Assembly (NCBI RefSeq): GCF_037042905.1
Contig: NC_087251.1
Location: 33,048,001 to 33,112,000, forward strand
DNA from: Lytechinus pictus
Taxonomy: Eukaryota
DNA: 64,000 bases
Reading direction: 5' to 3'
Shown: one piece after another, positions 36,712 through 49,915 of the stretch
How positions within the stretch are numbered: position 1 is the first letter of the stretch
How the letters are laid out: each line of letters opens with the position of its first letter
Program-made: the position numbers and the translations under genes
The notes under the pieces: model-generated
The model's input: only the letters and a program-made list of their open reading frames with translations
Databases searched by the model: none
What the model was told of the DNA's origin: nothing

Positions 36712-39700
36712 CCTTCTTCTTCTGTTGATTTCCTCCAGTCCTGGAGAACTGCGAGATCCAGTGGATACGCAGAAAAGTGGTTTGATAAATATGTATAGAG
36801 ACAAAAGAGCAAGGCTCAGAAGGAGGTTGGAATAAAGTGTATCACAACACTGTCTAGTTGTTGTTCACCAACAGAGAACGTTTGACATGAAGCTCATGCA
36901 AGAAATGAAAGGAGTAGTAATGAAGTTGGGGAGCTGAGGCAACAGGTATACTAGTTGCATTAGTGTCCAATTCAAGAAGTACAACATTAGTAACAGCTGC
37001 TGCGATTTGTGACGCAGGAGTTATGGCAAGATCATGTTGGAGATAGGGAGGAAGGTTGGCGAGGAACCTTTTCCTTTCATCCGCATAGAGGGTACATTCT
37101 CCTATAAGGTGGGTTACAGTCTCATCCTTGACATTGCAATAGCAGGTGCTATCATGACGCCTTCCAATCCTGGTGAGACGTGTGTTGGTAGCATAGACAC
37201 CACAAAGAAGTTGACTCTTCAGGGATAAGGCTTGGCGATGACTATGAGAGTTTAGCCTTGACGGGAGCAGAGTTGTCCTCTGGGTGCGGTCTAGGTGACT
37301 AAGTAGCTGAAGTGAGGATTTGGCTGCTAGAGCGGCTTCTGTTTCTTCCTCGCTATAGTCAAGAACACGGCTGTAGAGATGAGTCTCTTCCATTGCTTGT
37401 ACTGTATAGGGGAGTTGAGAAGATCATTGAAGGAAGGTAGGTCGTACTTGTTGAGGAAGGACTGGAACATTTGGACAGTCTTGGAGCTGGGGTGCTGGCA
37501 CATAACGTGAAGAAGAAGACGATACTCTAGCCTGCAAGGGTCAAGGTTCACCAGCTTCCCCAGAAGTCTAAGGCGTTGGATGGCTACGATATCAGATACA
37601 GCCGGGAGGCCAGTGAGGATGTGGACTGATTCGTTGGCAGTAGAACGAGGAAGACCTAGTAGGGTTTTAAATAGGGTTATTTGGGCCCTATCTAGGCGAT
37701 CTAGGGCTGCCTTGGTCAGGTGGATGACCTCTGAACCACACAGCATCCTAGGTATGCAATATCTCTCCCAGAATGATGCCATGACTGTGGGGGTGAGTCC
37801 CATATGGAATGCTCCCACACCTGTAAGAGCATAGAGTGTCTTGTTGCCGGTAAATATCATCTTGGAAGTAGCATCAAGTTTGTGTGAAGAACGGGTGATA
37901 CCCAGATGAGGGTGCTTGTCTACGAGAGGTATGGTCCTAGAACCAAATTGCCATGCCTCTGAGGTTTGGGGACCAGATCCAGTGATGGTGACGGCACTCT
38001 TAGACGGATTGATGGTATAGCGCCACCTGCAGGAATAGTCAAAGACAAGTTGAAGCATACTGTTCAGTTCTTTTGCGGAGGTAGCCACTAGTGCAACGTC
38101 ATCTGCGAGTACAAGAATGCCTGTGTATATGGATTGGGTGAAAGCTCCGAGGCCTGACGACTGCAGGCTGTTGATCAGACCATCGATGAAGGCCAAATAG
38201 AGTAGGGGGAAAGGATTCCTCCTTGTCTTACACCTTGCCTCACAGGAAAGCTTTCACTTATTCTGCCTTTCCACCACACATCAGAGCTAAGATCTTCTTA
38301 CAATTATCTCTTTACAATAAACCAGAGATTACCCCGAACACCAGCCTTGTATAGCTTGAGGAGAAGACCATTGTGCCAAACTGTATCGAAAGCATTGGCG
38401 GCGTCCAAATATGCAATGAATGTGTGCTTCTTATTGCTTTCGATGATGAGATTCAATGTAGCCGCTACCAGTAGACATGAGTGACCTTCCTGGAATCCAC
38501 TTTGAAGCTCATGAGGTATGTTTGACTTATGAAGAGCCTCTTCTAATTCTGGCTTAATGAGGAGTTCTAAGATCTTGCAGAACACAGTAGTGAGAGATAT
38601 ACCCCTGTAGTTCGAAGGATCAGTGGGAGATTTCCACTTTCCTTTATGAATTGGAAGGATTAAGCTGGTCTTGAAGTTGGACGGCATGTGACAGTGGAAT
38701 AGGATTGAGTTGTAAATCTGCACAAGAACAAGACGAGTGATTGGTCCGGAAAACTTTACATGTTTAGGGGAGATGTGGTCTACGCCTCCTGCTTTGCCGG
38801 ATTTTAGCTGGGCAATGGCGATGTTCAGCTGCGAAGATGTGACATGCAGTTGAGTACCTTCGAGTAAAACTTCTGCCTGAGTTACTTCCTCATCCACCTG
38901 GCAGGGAGGGCAGGGGTCAGGATTGGAAAGAGCACGGAAGTATTGCTCCCATCCTTCCAGGAGTTGTTGTCCTGTATGCTTCTTATCAGAGACAATAAGA
39001 GAGTCTGTGTCTGTCCTGATGTTGCTGGGGGATCTGTGCTGCTTGACAAGTTTGCTGAAGAGAAGAGGGTTGTCATGTTTGGAAGATTCCACTTCTTTTA
39101 TGATCTCGTTACGAGTTCGTTGCCTGCTTTGCCGGAGTGACCGTCTGAACATATTCTTGGATTTTTTGTAGGAAATCCAAGCCGTATTTTCCTTACTCCG
39201 AGGGCGACCCTGATCTTTCCAACTCTTCCAATTGACCTTCATTTTTACATACGACTTGTCGACATCTTTGTTCCATTCTGGTTTCCTGTTCCTTGGAGTA
39301 CTAGAGAAGGAGTGAGGTAGGTTTGAGGTAGACGTCTGAACCATGACACTACAAATTGTATCAAGGAGCCGTTCTGCAGTATCTGGCTGTAGAATTCTAG
39401 CTTTGTCTTTGTGCTGAGCCCAGATTTTCCTTCACTGAGCCTCCAGAGGTTGTGTGTAAAGTCTTTCGGTACTTGTAGAATCTAATTTATCCCAATTAAC
39501 TCTGAGTCTCGACTGTTTCTTGCCATAGGGCATTTCACTGGGCTCATGTCGAGGGGTTACTAAGCTGGGGTCGCTGCAAGTGTAAAAGTAGGTCACTCCA
39601 ACAGGGAGGTGATCTGATGTGTTCTTTTGTTCCTCGTTGCAGATGTGAAACTCTTTGAAACAGTGTTCACTAGGAGTTTTGACCAGGACAAGATCGAGGT

Positions 39701-39775
39701 TAGACTTCGTGCATCCATCATAACTGGAATAAGTGTAGACTCCTGGAATATGGAGCAGGCTAATTATTGTTTGTA
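36712..39775 (-). mobile_element. 5'-truncated non-LTR retrotransposon, probably RTE-X clade, frameshifted
   Basis: Endonuclease end (SNLDLVLV..TSDHLPV), W..GRPR motif, RT motifs (NYRGISL, QSGFQ, YLDAANAFDTVWH, LADDVAL) and C-terminal C-x-C-x8-H-x4-C across ORFs 39432-39782, 38304-39344, 37327-38196 and 36854-37393. (GAA)n tail at ~36712. Confidence 0.9.
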
Positions 39776-41423
39776 ACATCATGCATAATGAAAAAAAAAA
39801 GATTGACCACTGACTGTCCTTGTAACTTTTCCCAATGTATTATTTGACTCTTTATACCATGGTTAAGACACCAAAATCAAATCTGTCAGGCAGATATTGA
39901 ATGAAATGTACCAGCGGCCATTTAAGACTCCATTTTGGAAGCCATCTTGGATTTTTCGGCATAATGGACGTCTGCGTGTCATAATTAAGGTCCAAAAATA
40001 TTACTTAACCCTTGAAAACATAGTGTAGACACGATCATATAGGGGGCTTATACTAATCAGTCGGGTCGCGTACGAAATTACTCGGGTTTTGGATTTCGAT
40101 GCTTCTTCTTTGCGATTTTTTACTAATGGTGTCTTCAATGGGACAAACACGCTGGGAAAATAAAATGAAATTGAAATTCGAGTTTCATTTTAAGCCGGCG
40201 AGTGCCTTAAATAAAATGTACTGGATTACTGTTTTAAAATAACAAACAAAGCGAATTTTGACTACTGTTTTAACTTATTCACATTCCCCATATTTGACCT
40301 GATTTCTGTTGAATTTTGTGTACATCCCACATCGTTATCTCCCATTTACTCCAACATGTACTTCTCTCTCCGCACACTTGATTTTGATCGTGAGGTACTG
40401 AACTGAAGTTATTGGTCACAAACACACGAACTTCTAAGGTCTACGGTATCCTTAAAAAGATTCTTGTCCAAGTTGTGTTTACTTTTTTTGCCGTGCTTTT
40501 TACATTACATATATACGCTTCATTATAAATATACGTCGTACATGATTCCTTTTTAATTTCGTTTCATCTTTCTATCGTCGTTTCTTTTCTCTCGATTTAG
40601 CCTCTTGACACCTAACTTGAATTTCATATGAATTTCATGGTTCAGTTAAGCGATCACCCGTCAGCGCCGCCCAAACTCACAATTATCATAACGTTACGCC
40701 TATGGGAAAAATCGTGAATTAGTCGCTTACTATTGCGATAACATAATATCATGTATGAAAATCGCTTTGGCAGAACCAGATCTAAAATCCCCAACATTTT
40801 CTCATCCCCATAATATATTTTTAAATTAATTTTGAAATAACTAAATTTTGTCAATTTTAACATTTCTAAAGTAACATTTTGCTCTATTTCCCCCTTTTTG
40901 TGCGCGATATGTGTGAAATTCGCTTGTTTTTCTCACTTAGGGGGTTTTCATCTCAGTGTTACTTGAAAACGGTAGCAGACGAACCTTTGGTAGCACCGCC
41001 AAAATAAAGAGTCTTACTTCAGCTTTTTTCTGATATAAGGGTCATTTGGATTGGATAAAAGTTCATCCCGTAATTTTCACGTCTAATCAGATGTTCCCTT
41101 ATGCATTGTTCACACAGAGCCGAGTTGGGTGTACGAGTCTCTGCGAGCTTCCGCGAGTTCCAACTCGCGGAAGCTCGGGGGGGGGGGGGGGGAATGGTAC
41201 ATTTTCAGGAAAGTTTGACAGATTAACCAGAGCGCAGTACGAGTCACGAAGAGTTATCAACGAGTAGTACCGAGTACTGCTCGAGTTATTGCGATCTTTT
41301 CTCGAGTTTGGCAGAGTTTACTGAGAGTCTTTTAAGATCTTTATACGAGTAATTCAGCCTTTGATAGGTTGGAATTTTCGTGCATTCTGCTTTTTTCAAG
41401 ATGGATGACCAGATGAACCTCCT

Positions 41424-42428
41424 AGTCCATGCAAGAATAGGCATAACCCTTTTTCATATATACAATATTTTTTTATAGTTTCTTATCAATTTGAGGGTGC
41501 TGATTAGGAATGTGAATGATGCCACTCGTGTAACTTTGAGCATTTTCCGCAAATTGGAAAAATCCAATATGGCCGCCAAAATATGCAAATTACCCATGAA
41601 AATCACAAGATTGCCTTTCCTCTGCTAGGTTGGTGATAAGTACTGTATTTTGAAAGTCAAAATGGCCGCTACAGGCCCTACCGGTATTGAAAGGGACAAA
41701 TAATTCCAATAGAATTTGCCTTTTCTTGAGTAGATGGTGTTGTATGAGTAAATATTGTCTGAAAACATGATTTCTAATGAAATATATCATTTAGGTGATA
41801 AATCAAATTTTAAAATGGTCGCCCTTTGCCCATATGCGATGTATTTAGTTATAAATCGTGTTTAAGACAATATTTTACTTATACATCACAGTTATATGCA
41901 TTTTATGGTTCCGCTCATTCTTGTGAAAATTAGTTTCCCTACAGCATGTTACATAATTCAGTAAGGGTTTGTAGCGGCTATTTTGAATGTCAAAATGCAG
42001 TATTCATCACCTATATTGGTGATTGGTGATTCGTGGTGATTTTTTACCTGATATGGCAGAAGAAATGCTATATTTCATACAAATCATGTTTTCAAACAAC
42101 ACTTTATTCATAGAACAAAATTATGTGGATTTCATAGACAAGCAAATCCAATTTTTTTACAAAATTATCTGTTCTCCATTTACATCGTAGATAATTCTGT
42201 TAGGGCCTATAGGGGGCCATTGTGCTGGCAATTTTATGATTGTCATGGGTAATTTGTATATTTTGGCGGCCATAGGCCTATGTGCGGAAAATGATAAAGG
42301 TTACACGAGTGGCATCTTTCAGATTCATAATCAGCACCCTCGAATTGACAAGAATCCATCATAAAATATTGTATTTATGAAAAATAAACAAGGTTTAGTC
42401 CATTTGCTATGGGGCCTATCCTGGACTA
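41424..42428. mobile_element. Foldback element with ~150-300-bp degenerate inverted arms
   Basis: 41450-41600 pairs with 42240-42390 (GAGGGTGCTGATT..GATGCCACTCGTGTAAC / GTTACACGAGTGGCATC..AATCAGCACCCTC). Outer ends are TAGTCCA / TGGACTA. Confidence 0.65.
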
Positions 42429-42865
42429 ATGAGCAAGATTGATCCAAATACTCTCGTAGCTGAACTCATCGCCCTGCAGAATCTTGTGAATTGTGAGACT
42501 TTCTTTCTCAAAGACTTTTTAAAACCACTTTATCATGCTTATCCTCACATGTTTATCCTCAAGTAAAATTGGTTATTTTTGTACCACAGAAAAAAGAGTA
42601 AATGTTACTTTTTTATATTTGTTCAATTCATTTGAATAAAAACGTGTGCTTTTTTATTTTAAAGCTTGATAAATCTGTTTCTAAGTTTGCAGCAATTAAT
42701 AATTGAAACCAAGGCCATTATTGAGGGAAATAATTGCATCCAGAATCCTGTAAAGAACAAACAGTCAAAGGTAACACAAAAAGATGAACTGCCGTTTGCT
42801 ATATGATGAATGATATACTTGAAATTAAAACCAATGTCATGATATTCAACATAGTTGAGTTGTTA

Positions 42866-43920
42866 TGTAAGATGTTATCACTCATCATGTCACCTTTATT
42901 CTCAAGTAATATGAAATCATCACTCATCATGTCACCTTCATTCTCATGTAATATGTTATCATCACTCATCATGTCACCTTCATTCTCATGTAATATGTTA
43001 TCATCACTCATCATGTCACCTTCATTTTCATGTAAGATGTTATCATCACTCATCATGTCACCTTCATTCTCATGTAAGATGTTATCATCACTCATTGTGT
43101 CACCTTCATTTTCATGTAAGATGTTATCATCACTCATTGTGTCATCTTCATTTTCATGTATGATGTTATCATCACTCATCGTGTCACCTTCATTCTCATG
43201 TTAGATGTTATTATATCATGTCACCTTCACTTTCATGTAAGATGTTATCATCACTCATTGTGTCATCTTCATTTTCATGTAAGATGTTATCATCACTCAT
43301 CGTGTCACCTACGTTCTCATGTTAGATGTTATCATCACTCATTGTGTCACCTTCATTCTCATGTAAGATGTTATCATCACTCATCATGTCACCTTCATTC
43401 TCATGTAAGATGTTATCATCACTCATTGTGTCACCTTCATTTTCATGTAAGATGTTATCATCACTCATCATGTCACCTTCATTTTCATGTAAGATTTTAT
43501 CATAACTCATCGTGTCACCTTCATTCTCATGTGAGATGTTATCATCACTCATCATGTCACCTTCATTCTCAAGTAAGATGTTATCATCACTCATCGTGTC
43601 ACCTACGTTCTCATGTAATATGTTATCATCACTCATCATGTCACCTTCATTCTCATGTAATATGTTATCATCACTCATCATGTCACCTCCATTCTCATGT
43701 AATATGTTATCATCACTCATCATGTCACCTTCATTCTCATGTAAGATGTTATCATCACTCATCGTGTCACCTTCATTCTCATGTAATATGTTATCATCAC
43801 TCATTGTGTCACCTTCATTCTCATGTAAGATGTTATCATCACTCATCGTGTCATCTTCATTTTCATGTAAGATGTTATTATATCATGTCACCTTCACTTT
43901 CATGAAAGATGTTATCATAT
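42866..43920. repeat. 42-bp minisatellite, about 25 copies
   Basis: Unit GATGTTATCATCACTCATCATGTCACCTTCATTCTCATGTAA, giving 14-aa periodicity in the ORF track. Confidence 0.97.
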
Positions 43921-43959
43921 CATCTAAATTACAAAGAAATCTTAAGCAAAATTAAAACA

Positions 43960-45295
43960 CTCTTGAAGTTTTGGAAGCTAAGGGATATAAAGCTTATGGG
44001 GAAGATTCGACTATTGAAGGTGCATATCTATTCTAAAGTCATATATCGAGCGTCTCTATACTCTTGTTCCTAAATGGGCTTATGAATCATTGGATGAATT
44101 AACTTTTGATTTCTTATGGAAAGGAAAGAAAGACAATATTAATAGGAATACAATGTTTTTAGACTATAAGCAAGGGGGATTAAAGATGTTAAACTTCCCT
44201 GTGCAGGTAAAGGCACAGCGAATAATGTGGACTAAAAAACTTTTAAATAAAGATATGAAATGGAAACAGTACTTTAATTTTGTCACTAAACATTTGGATA
44301 GAGATGTGATATTTTCATGTGACTATATATCATGTTTATTGAAAGTAACAGCTTCCAAATTTTACATGGACTTATTAGAAGAGTGGGTAAATATAAGACA
44401 TATAAGAAGAACAGAGTTTGGAAAAGTGGGGGATTTTTAATAGTAAGCTTATTAGATTATAATAATAATACCAACATGCTTATATAGCGCATATCACTGC
44501 CAAATGCGTCTCTATGCGCTTAATTGGATATTATTACCCTGGATTTAGCCCGCAGCCTTTTACAGCGCGGTGGCATTTCAAGGAATAAATTCCTGCCAGG
44601 TACCCATTTACCTCACCTGGGTCGAGTGCAGCACAATGTGAATAAATTTCTTGCCGAAGAAAATTACGCCATGGCTGGGATTCGAACCCACGACCCTCTG
44701 TTTCAGAGTCCGAAGACTAATCCACTAGGCCACAACGCTCCACAATATAAAGATATAAAGGGAGTTGTATTCGATAAGATTCTATACGATAAAGAGGTTT
44801 ATAAATTGCATCATAATTCTTAAAATAATTGTAAACTAAAATGTGATAGAAATTTTCTTAATTTGAATTAAGAAGCAAATGATATTGAAAAGATCAAGCA
44901 TATTTATGCCTGTTAACCCGTTAGTTGGAAGAACGATATCGAAAAAAAAAACATAACTCTGGAATCGATTTCAATTTGGGTAAGAAAACAACTAATTTAA
45001 TATTTTTTAAATCAAAATAGAAATATACGCACAGCCGTTGTATAAAAATGAAATTAAACCCTCTATTTTTGACAGAATTAGAACGGATTATTATCTTACC
45101 AATATGGAAATAGAAAGACTATTTTTAAGACTAAGATATTGCACACTGAATAGTCGATTAAGGGAGTTTCAGTATAAACTCTTGCATAATAATATATATA
45201 CTAACCGCCACCTTTTCCTTTTTGGTCTTGTTTCGACCAATTTATGCTAATTTTGTGAAATGGAAGAAAAAATGTATGAACATCTATTTGTGACC
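43960..45295 (+). mobile_element. Decayed L1/Tx1-clade LINE, 3' part of ORF2
   Basis: FDFLWKGKKDNINR..L.YKQGGLKM (44090-44440) and LREFQYKLLHNNIYTN..L......C (45038-45250; zinc-binding C-terminus). Interrupted by a SINE. Confidence 0.8.
44458..44741 (-). mobile_element. Full-length tRNA-derived SINE inserted in the Tx1 remnant
   Basis: Minus strand has GGAGCGTTGTGGCCTAGTGG (A box) and GGTTCGAATCC (B box), core CCCAGGTGAGGTAAATGGGTACC, and 3' end GCGCTATATAAG followed by (TTA)n. Confidence 0.88.
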
Positions 45296-46530
45296 TACCA
45301 CCCCAAAACCACCAATAAGTCGCCATGTAAGGTTCTCTGTCAATAGCCAAAATAGTAATTTTAACAGGCATGAATGTGCTCGATCTTTTCAAAACTCCAG
45401 GGCTGAGTTTGTTGTTGGGATAGGAATTATCTGAGTGAAGAGGCCGAGGCGATGGGTTAAAAAAAAATGCTGATGGCTTCAATTTGTTTAGGTTTATTAA
45501 TGATTTATTCTTGTGTATTTGTAAAATCTCTTGTTATATGTTAATATTTGACAATCGGAAAAAAAATGAATTTGTTGAATTTATTGTAGAAGTTTATTCT
45601 TAATGCATGTTATTATCATCAATGATATGTATGACTATTTATTTGAAGATGTCTGATATTGTGTTTTATTTTAACACTTGAGGAAGAAAAAATAGTATTA
45701 AATTTTATGAGTTGTCAAGGTCTGTCAATGACAGAAAGAAAAAAAATGAGTTGTCACTGAAAAATTCAGGTGATTTTGATCCGTAAAAATTGGTTTGACA
45801 AGAAGAAAAGGGTTTTCACTAAAAATTGAAAGTGATTTGGGTTAAATTTATATTTTATTCAGCGCATACATACCTCCTTTCCAGAGGGGGCTGCCTATGA
45901 TGAATAAAACAAGCAGCCCCCCCGGACCATGCCCGCGAACCTCTATTTCAAAGTCCGGAGATAAATATATTGGGCCACAACACTCCACATGGAAGAAGGG
46001 AAGAATATGAATGAATAAACTGGTACCCAAGGGTAATGTCCTCTCGAACATGATGAGTAGTAGGCAGCAATAATGAGATGTGAATAAGGACGAGATTTGA
46101 AAAATACTGCATTTTTTTTACTGAAAGTGTACTTCGGCACAATATTGGAAACAAAAGGGTTCCTATGAATAATGATAAATTAAGTTATAAACCATCCCCA
46201 TCCCCGCGTGTAATCTCTGAGAAGGTCCTCCCAAGAGTACTGGAATGAAAAGTTATATAAGAGAAACCAAGGGGTTGGCATGAAATCGTCCTCATGGGAG
46301 GATGAAGAATGGGCTAAGAATTGTGTCTTTGGTGAAGGTTCAATGAAATCTGGACATACATTTAAAGTGTGTACCCAATCACAAGTTACTATTTGACTTA
46401 CAAGTTATATATTCACAAACGTAAGCCCAGAAAGGGTACCAATACCTAATTAATAGTGAGCTTTGTCAAAACCTAACAGTTTTTTTCATTGTTTACAGGT
46501 GCTCTGATATTTAGGATACTTAAAAAGAAA

Positions 46531-46632
46531 TGCTCGAGATGCTTAGTAGTTGGTCACCATGCATCCACCTGTATTAGTGAAGTAAAGTGCCTAAGGTGCT
46601 GCAAGGTTGGGCACATTAAATGTGCTTGCCCG
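46531..46632 (+). mobile_element. Isolated double CCHC zinc-knuckle fragment (gag/LINE ORF1-like)
   Basis: CSRCLVVGHHASTC and CLRCCKVGHIKCAC, both matching C-x2-C-x4-H-x4-C. Confidence 0.65.
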
Positions 46633-47256
46633 AGCAACGAAAGTGCTGGCCCTAGCAACGAAAGTGCTGATTTGTGAGACAAATAGCCATTCTGTGCTAC
46701 TTTTTTAGGTTCAGTTCAAACAGGGTTTTGTTTGTTTCAGTCTATTTTGTAAAGCCTCACATACTGTAGTTATGTAAAAAAATATCCATGCACCTATACA
46801 TAACTAATTGTAGAAAATGAATTGTAGTTTACGGGTTTAAAGAATAAAAGCAGTACATAGTGCAATATCTATACCCATACCCTTTTAGAGTGCCGTTAAC
46901 ATGTTTATGGGACAGGTTGTATATATTCCCCTGAATGAGACGTATTGCTCATTGTCTGGGCCCGGCCAAGTTGCTGGCGTTTGTATTAAAACATCCCAAT
47001 GTATAATGTGGCCATTGCAAAAAGAAATAGCCATGAATGTCTTCAACTGATTAAACCCATTTCGAGGTGACCCTTTGGGCCTTCTGTCTGGGCCCCCGTG
47101 CAGGATAAAGTTGCTGCCATAGGTAGTCCCTAGTATACTTAGTCCATTGCAAAAAGAATTATCCATGTATGTCTTCACCTGAATGAATCAGTAATTTGTG
47201 GGACATCTGGGCCATTTGGCCCTACTGTCTGGGCCCCCGTACAAGATAAAGTTGCT

Positions 47257-49845
47257 TACTTACTTTACTTTCTGCCCGCTATGCCTCCATTGGCATGTAG
47301 GGCAGCAACGAATGTCCTCCACTTCTGTCGGTCCTGTGCCAAGATCTGTATAGTTCTCCATGTGTGCCTTAGGTGTTTAAGTTCTCCCTCTACTTTTCTG
47401 CGCCATGTGATCTTGGGCCGCCCCCTCTTTCTTCTCCCTTCAGGGGTCCAGTGGAGAGCTACATGGGTGATGTTCTGGGCATCCATTCTAAGAATATGTC
47501 CAATCCATTTCCATCGTCTTCTGAGGATTATGGTTCCCATGTTATCTTGTTTACATCGCGTAAGTTGTTCTTCATTTTTTATTTTATTTGGCCAGAAAAT
47601 TTGAAGGATCTTTCTGAGGCTTTTTGTATGAAAAACTGACAGTTTATGGAGGTCATTCTCCAGCACTCAGATCCATATAGTAGGGTGGAGAGGACACAGC
47701 TTTGATACAGTCTCAGCTTTGTTCTTGTGCTATACTGCTGTGATCTCCAAATTTTGTTCAACATTCTAAATGATATATATGCTTTATTCAGACGGTTTCT
47801 GATGTCATTTTCTGCCCCACCATCACCTGTGACAACGCTACCAAAGGTACTTGAACTCATCTACTGTAGAAACATCTTTCCCATTCACTTGTATTGGTAA
47901 CGGATTTGTGTTATTCAATGTCATTATCTCTGTTTTGTTTTCGTTGATTTTAAGGCCAACTTGTTGGGCATATTCACTCAGCCGTGTCGTCTTTGTTTGC
48001 ATATGCTGGTGTGTATGTGAAAATAAGGCAAGATCATCGGGGATCATCGGCATAGTCGAGGTCTTCTAGGGTGGAAAATATGGACCATTTGATACCTCTC
48101 GGGTGATCTTCGGTAGTTCTTCTCATTACCCAGTCAATGGTGATTATGAAGAGGATTGCAGACATGACACATTCCTATCTAACTCCTGATTTTACTTCAA
48201 ATTTTATGTCACAATTTTCCACGTTGCATGTAAAGTTAGAGTAAAAGCTCTTCATAACTTGGACAATGTCCTTTGGTATCCTATACGAACGAAGTATTCG
48301 CCACAAGCTCTTTCTATGAATGCTGTCGAATGCCTTCTCAAAATCGACAAAGTTGATATACATTTGTCTCTGCCGTTCTGTGCACTGCTCTATGATGTTA
48401 CGCAGTGCAAATATTTGGTCTATGCATCATCTTCCTCTGCGGAACCATGCTTGCTCTTCTCTGAGATGCTGGTCTACTGCACTTGTTATACGGTTCACAA
48501 TTATCTTCGAAAAAATCTTACTAGGAATCGATAAGAGGGTAATTCAACGCCAGTTATTGCAGTTTATCAGGTTCCCTTTCTTTGGAATTTTGACAATAAT
48601 ACCTTCTGACCAGTCATCTGGAATTTGTTTTTTACTCCACACTGATTTAAATAGTGGTTCGAAAAATTCTGCTGTAGCCTCTGGGTGTGCTTTGAATAAT
48701 TCTGCATTTAAGTTGCCATGTCCAAGAGATTTACCATTTCTCAAAGATTTAACGGCAGATACTATTTCCCATTTAGATGGAGGGTTTATGTTCAGATCCT
48801 CTTCTGCCTCTTGGATGACTGCATCGGTTAATGGTGGTGGTCTATTCAGTACTTCACTGAAATGCTCTGCCCATCTAGCATCTCTTTCTGTTTCTGTTTT
48901 AAGAATATTTCCTTGTTTACTAAGAATTGGTGCATCTGTTGCTCCTTTGTTCCTTCCACTGATTATCTTGGTAAGTTTATACACTTTTCCTTGTTCTCCT
49001 TTCTTTGCTGCAGCTTCTGCTTCATCTGCGAGACTATCCAAGTACTTCCTTTTGTCAGTACTTGCTTTTTTCTTTACTTGCTTGTTAGCTTCCTGATACT
49101 GTCGGCTGTATCTCTGTTATAGCCTTTCAGACTTTGAGTTTATGACAAGTTTCTTTATTTCTTTTCGTTTCTTTATTGTTTCCCATGTGTCAGCCGATAT
49201 CCAATCCTTCTACTCCTTCAATCTGTACCCCAGACATGTTTTACTTGTCTCGCTGTATGCTGTCTTGGTTCTATCCCATATATCGTTTACTTCTAGTGTA
49301 ATCAAGATCAGCATGGGTCTGGAACCTGTTCTGTTGTTGGAGTATAAAGGAGTTTCTGACCTTGGGGTCTTTCAGTTTTTCAACATCAAACTGTCTCCTT
49401 CCTGACTTTTTGTTTCCTGATTTTCTTATAGTTTCACTTTAAACGATGCTATAACCAGATAGTGGTCATTGCTGACATCAGCCCCTCTCATCACCTTTAC
49501 ATCAAGGAGTGAACGTCTCCACGTGCCATTTATCATGATATGGTCAATCTGGTTTTTATCTCTGTTGTTAGGCGAAGTCCAAGTAAGTTTGCGAATGTCT
49601 TTATGTGGGAAAATTGTTCCTCCTATGACCAAGTCATTGGCCGCACAAAGGTCGATCAGCCTTTCACCGTTGCCATTCATACTTCCGCAGCCATGTTTTC
49701 CTATAACTTTTTCATGGCTTGTGTTATCATTCCCGACTTTTGCATTCAAGTCTCCCATTATAATTTTCATGTCATGTTCTGGGATTTTACTTAGTTCAGC
49801 TTGTACTCGCTCATAAAAATTATCTTCACCATCATTTGTTGGAGC
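47257..49845 (-). mobile_element. 5'-truncated RTE (BovB-like) LINE with 11-bp TSD, frameshifted
   Basis: APE endonuclease (YAPTN, GDLNAKVG, NGERL, TWTSP, NQIDHI, DHYLV), RT (KKGNL.NC.NWR, FVDFEKAFDSI, GVR) and C-terminal WKWIGHILR..GRRKRGRPK.TW. (TAAG)n tail. ATAAAGTTGCT at 47246-47256 and 49846-49856. Confidence 0.93.
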
Positions 49846-49915
49846 ATAAAGTTGCTAGCATTGGTATTTTTGTGAGCCCCAAAGTATGCAGATTCCATTT
49901 GATTAATTTAAGAAA

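Noticed and set aside
42799..43955. Long His/Cys-rich and acidic ORFs as genes
   Set aside because: Explained by a 42-bp (3n) minisatellite. The frames are broken by variant units and no splice signals were seen.
48320..49816. Plus-strand ORFs of 258, 115 and ~87 aa
   Set aside because: Antisense shadows of the minus-strand RTE ORF.
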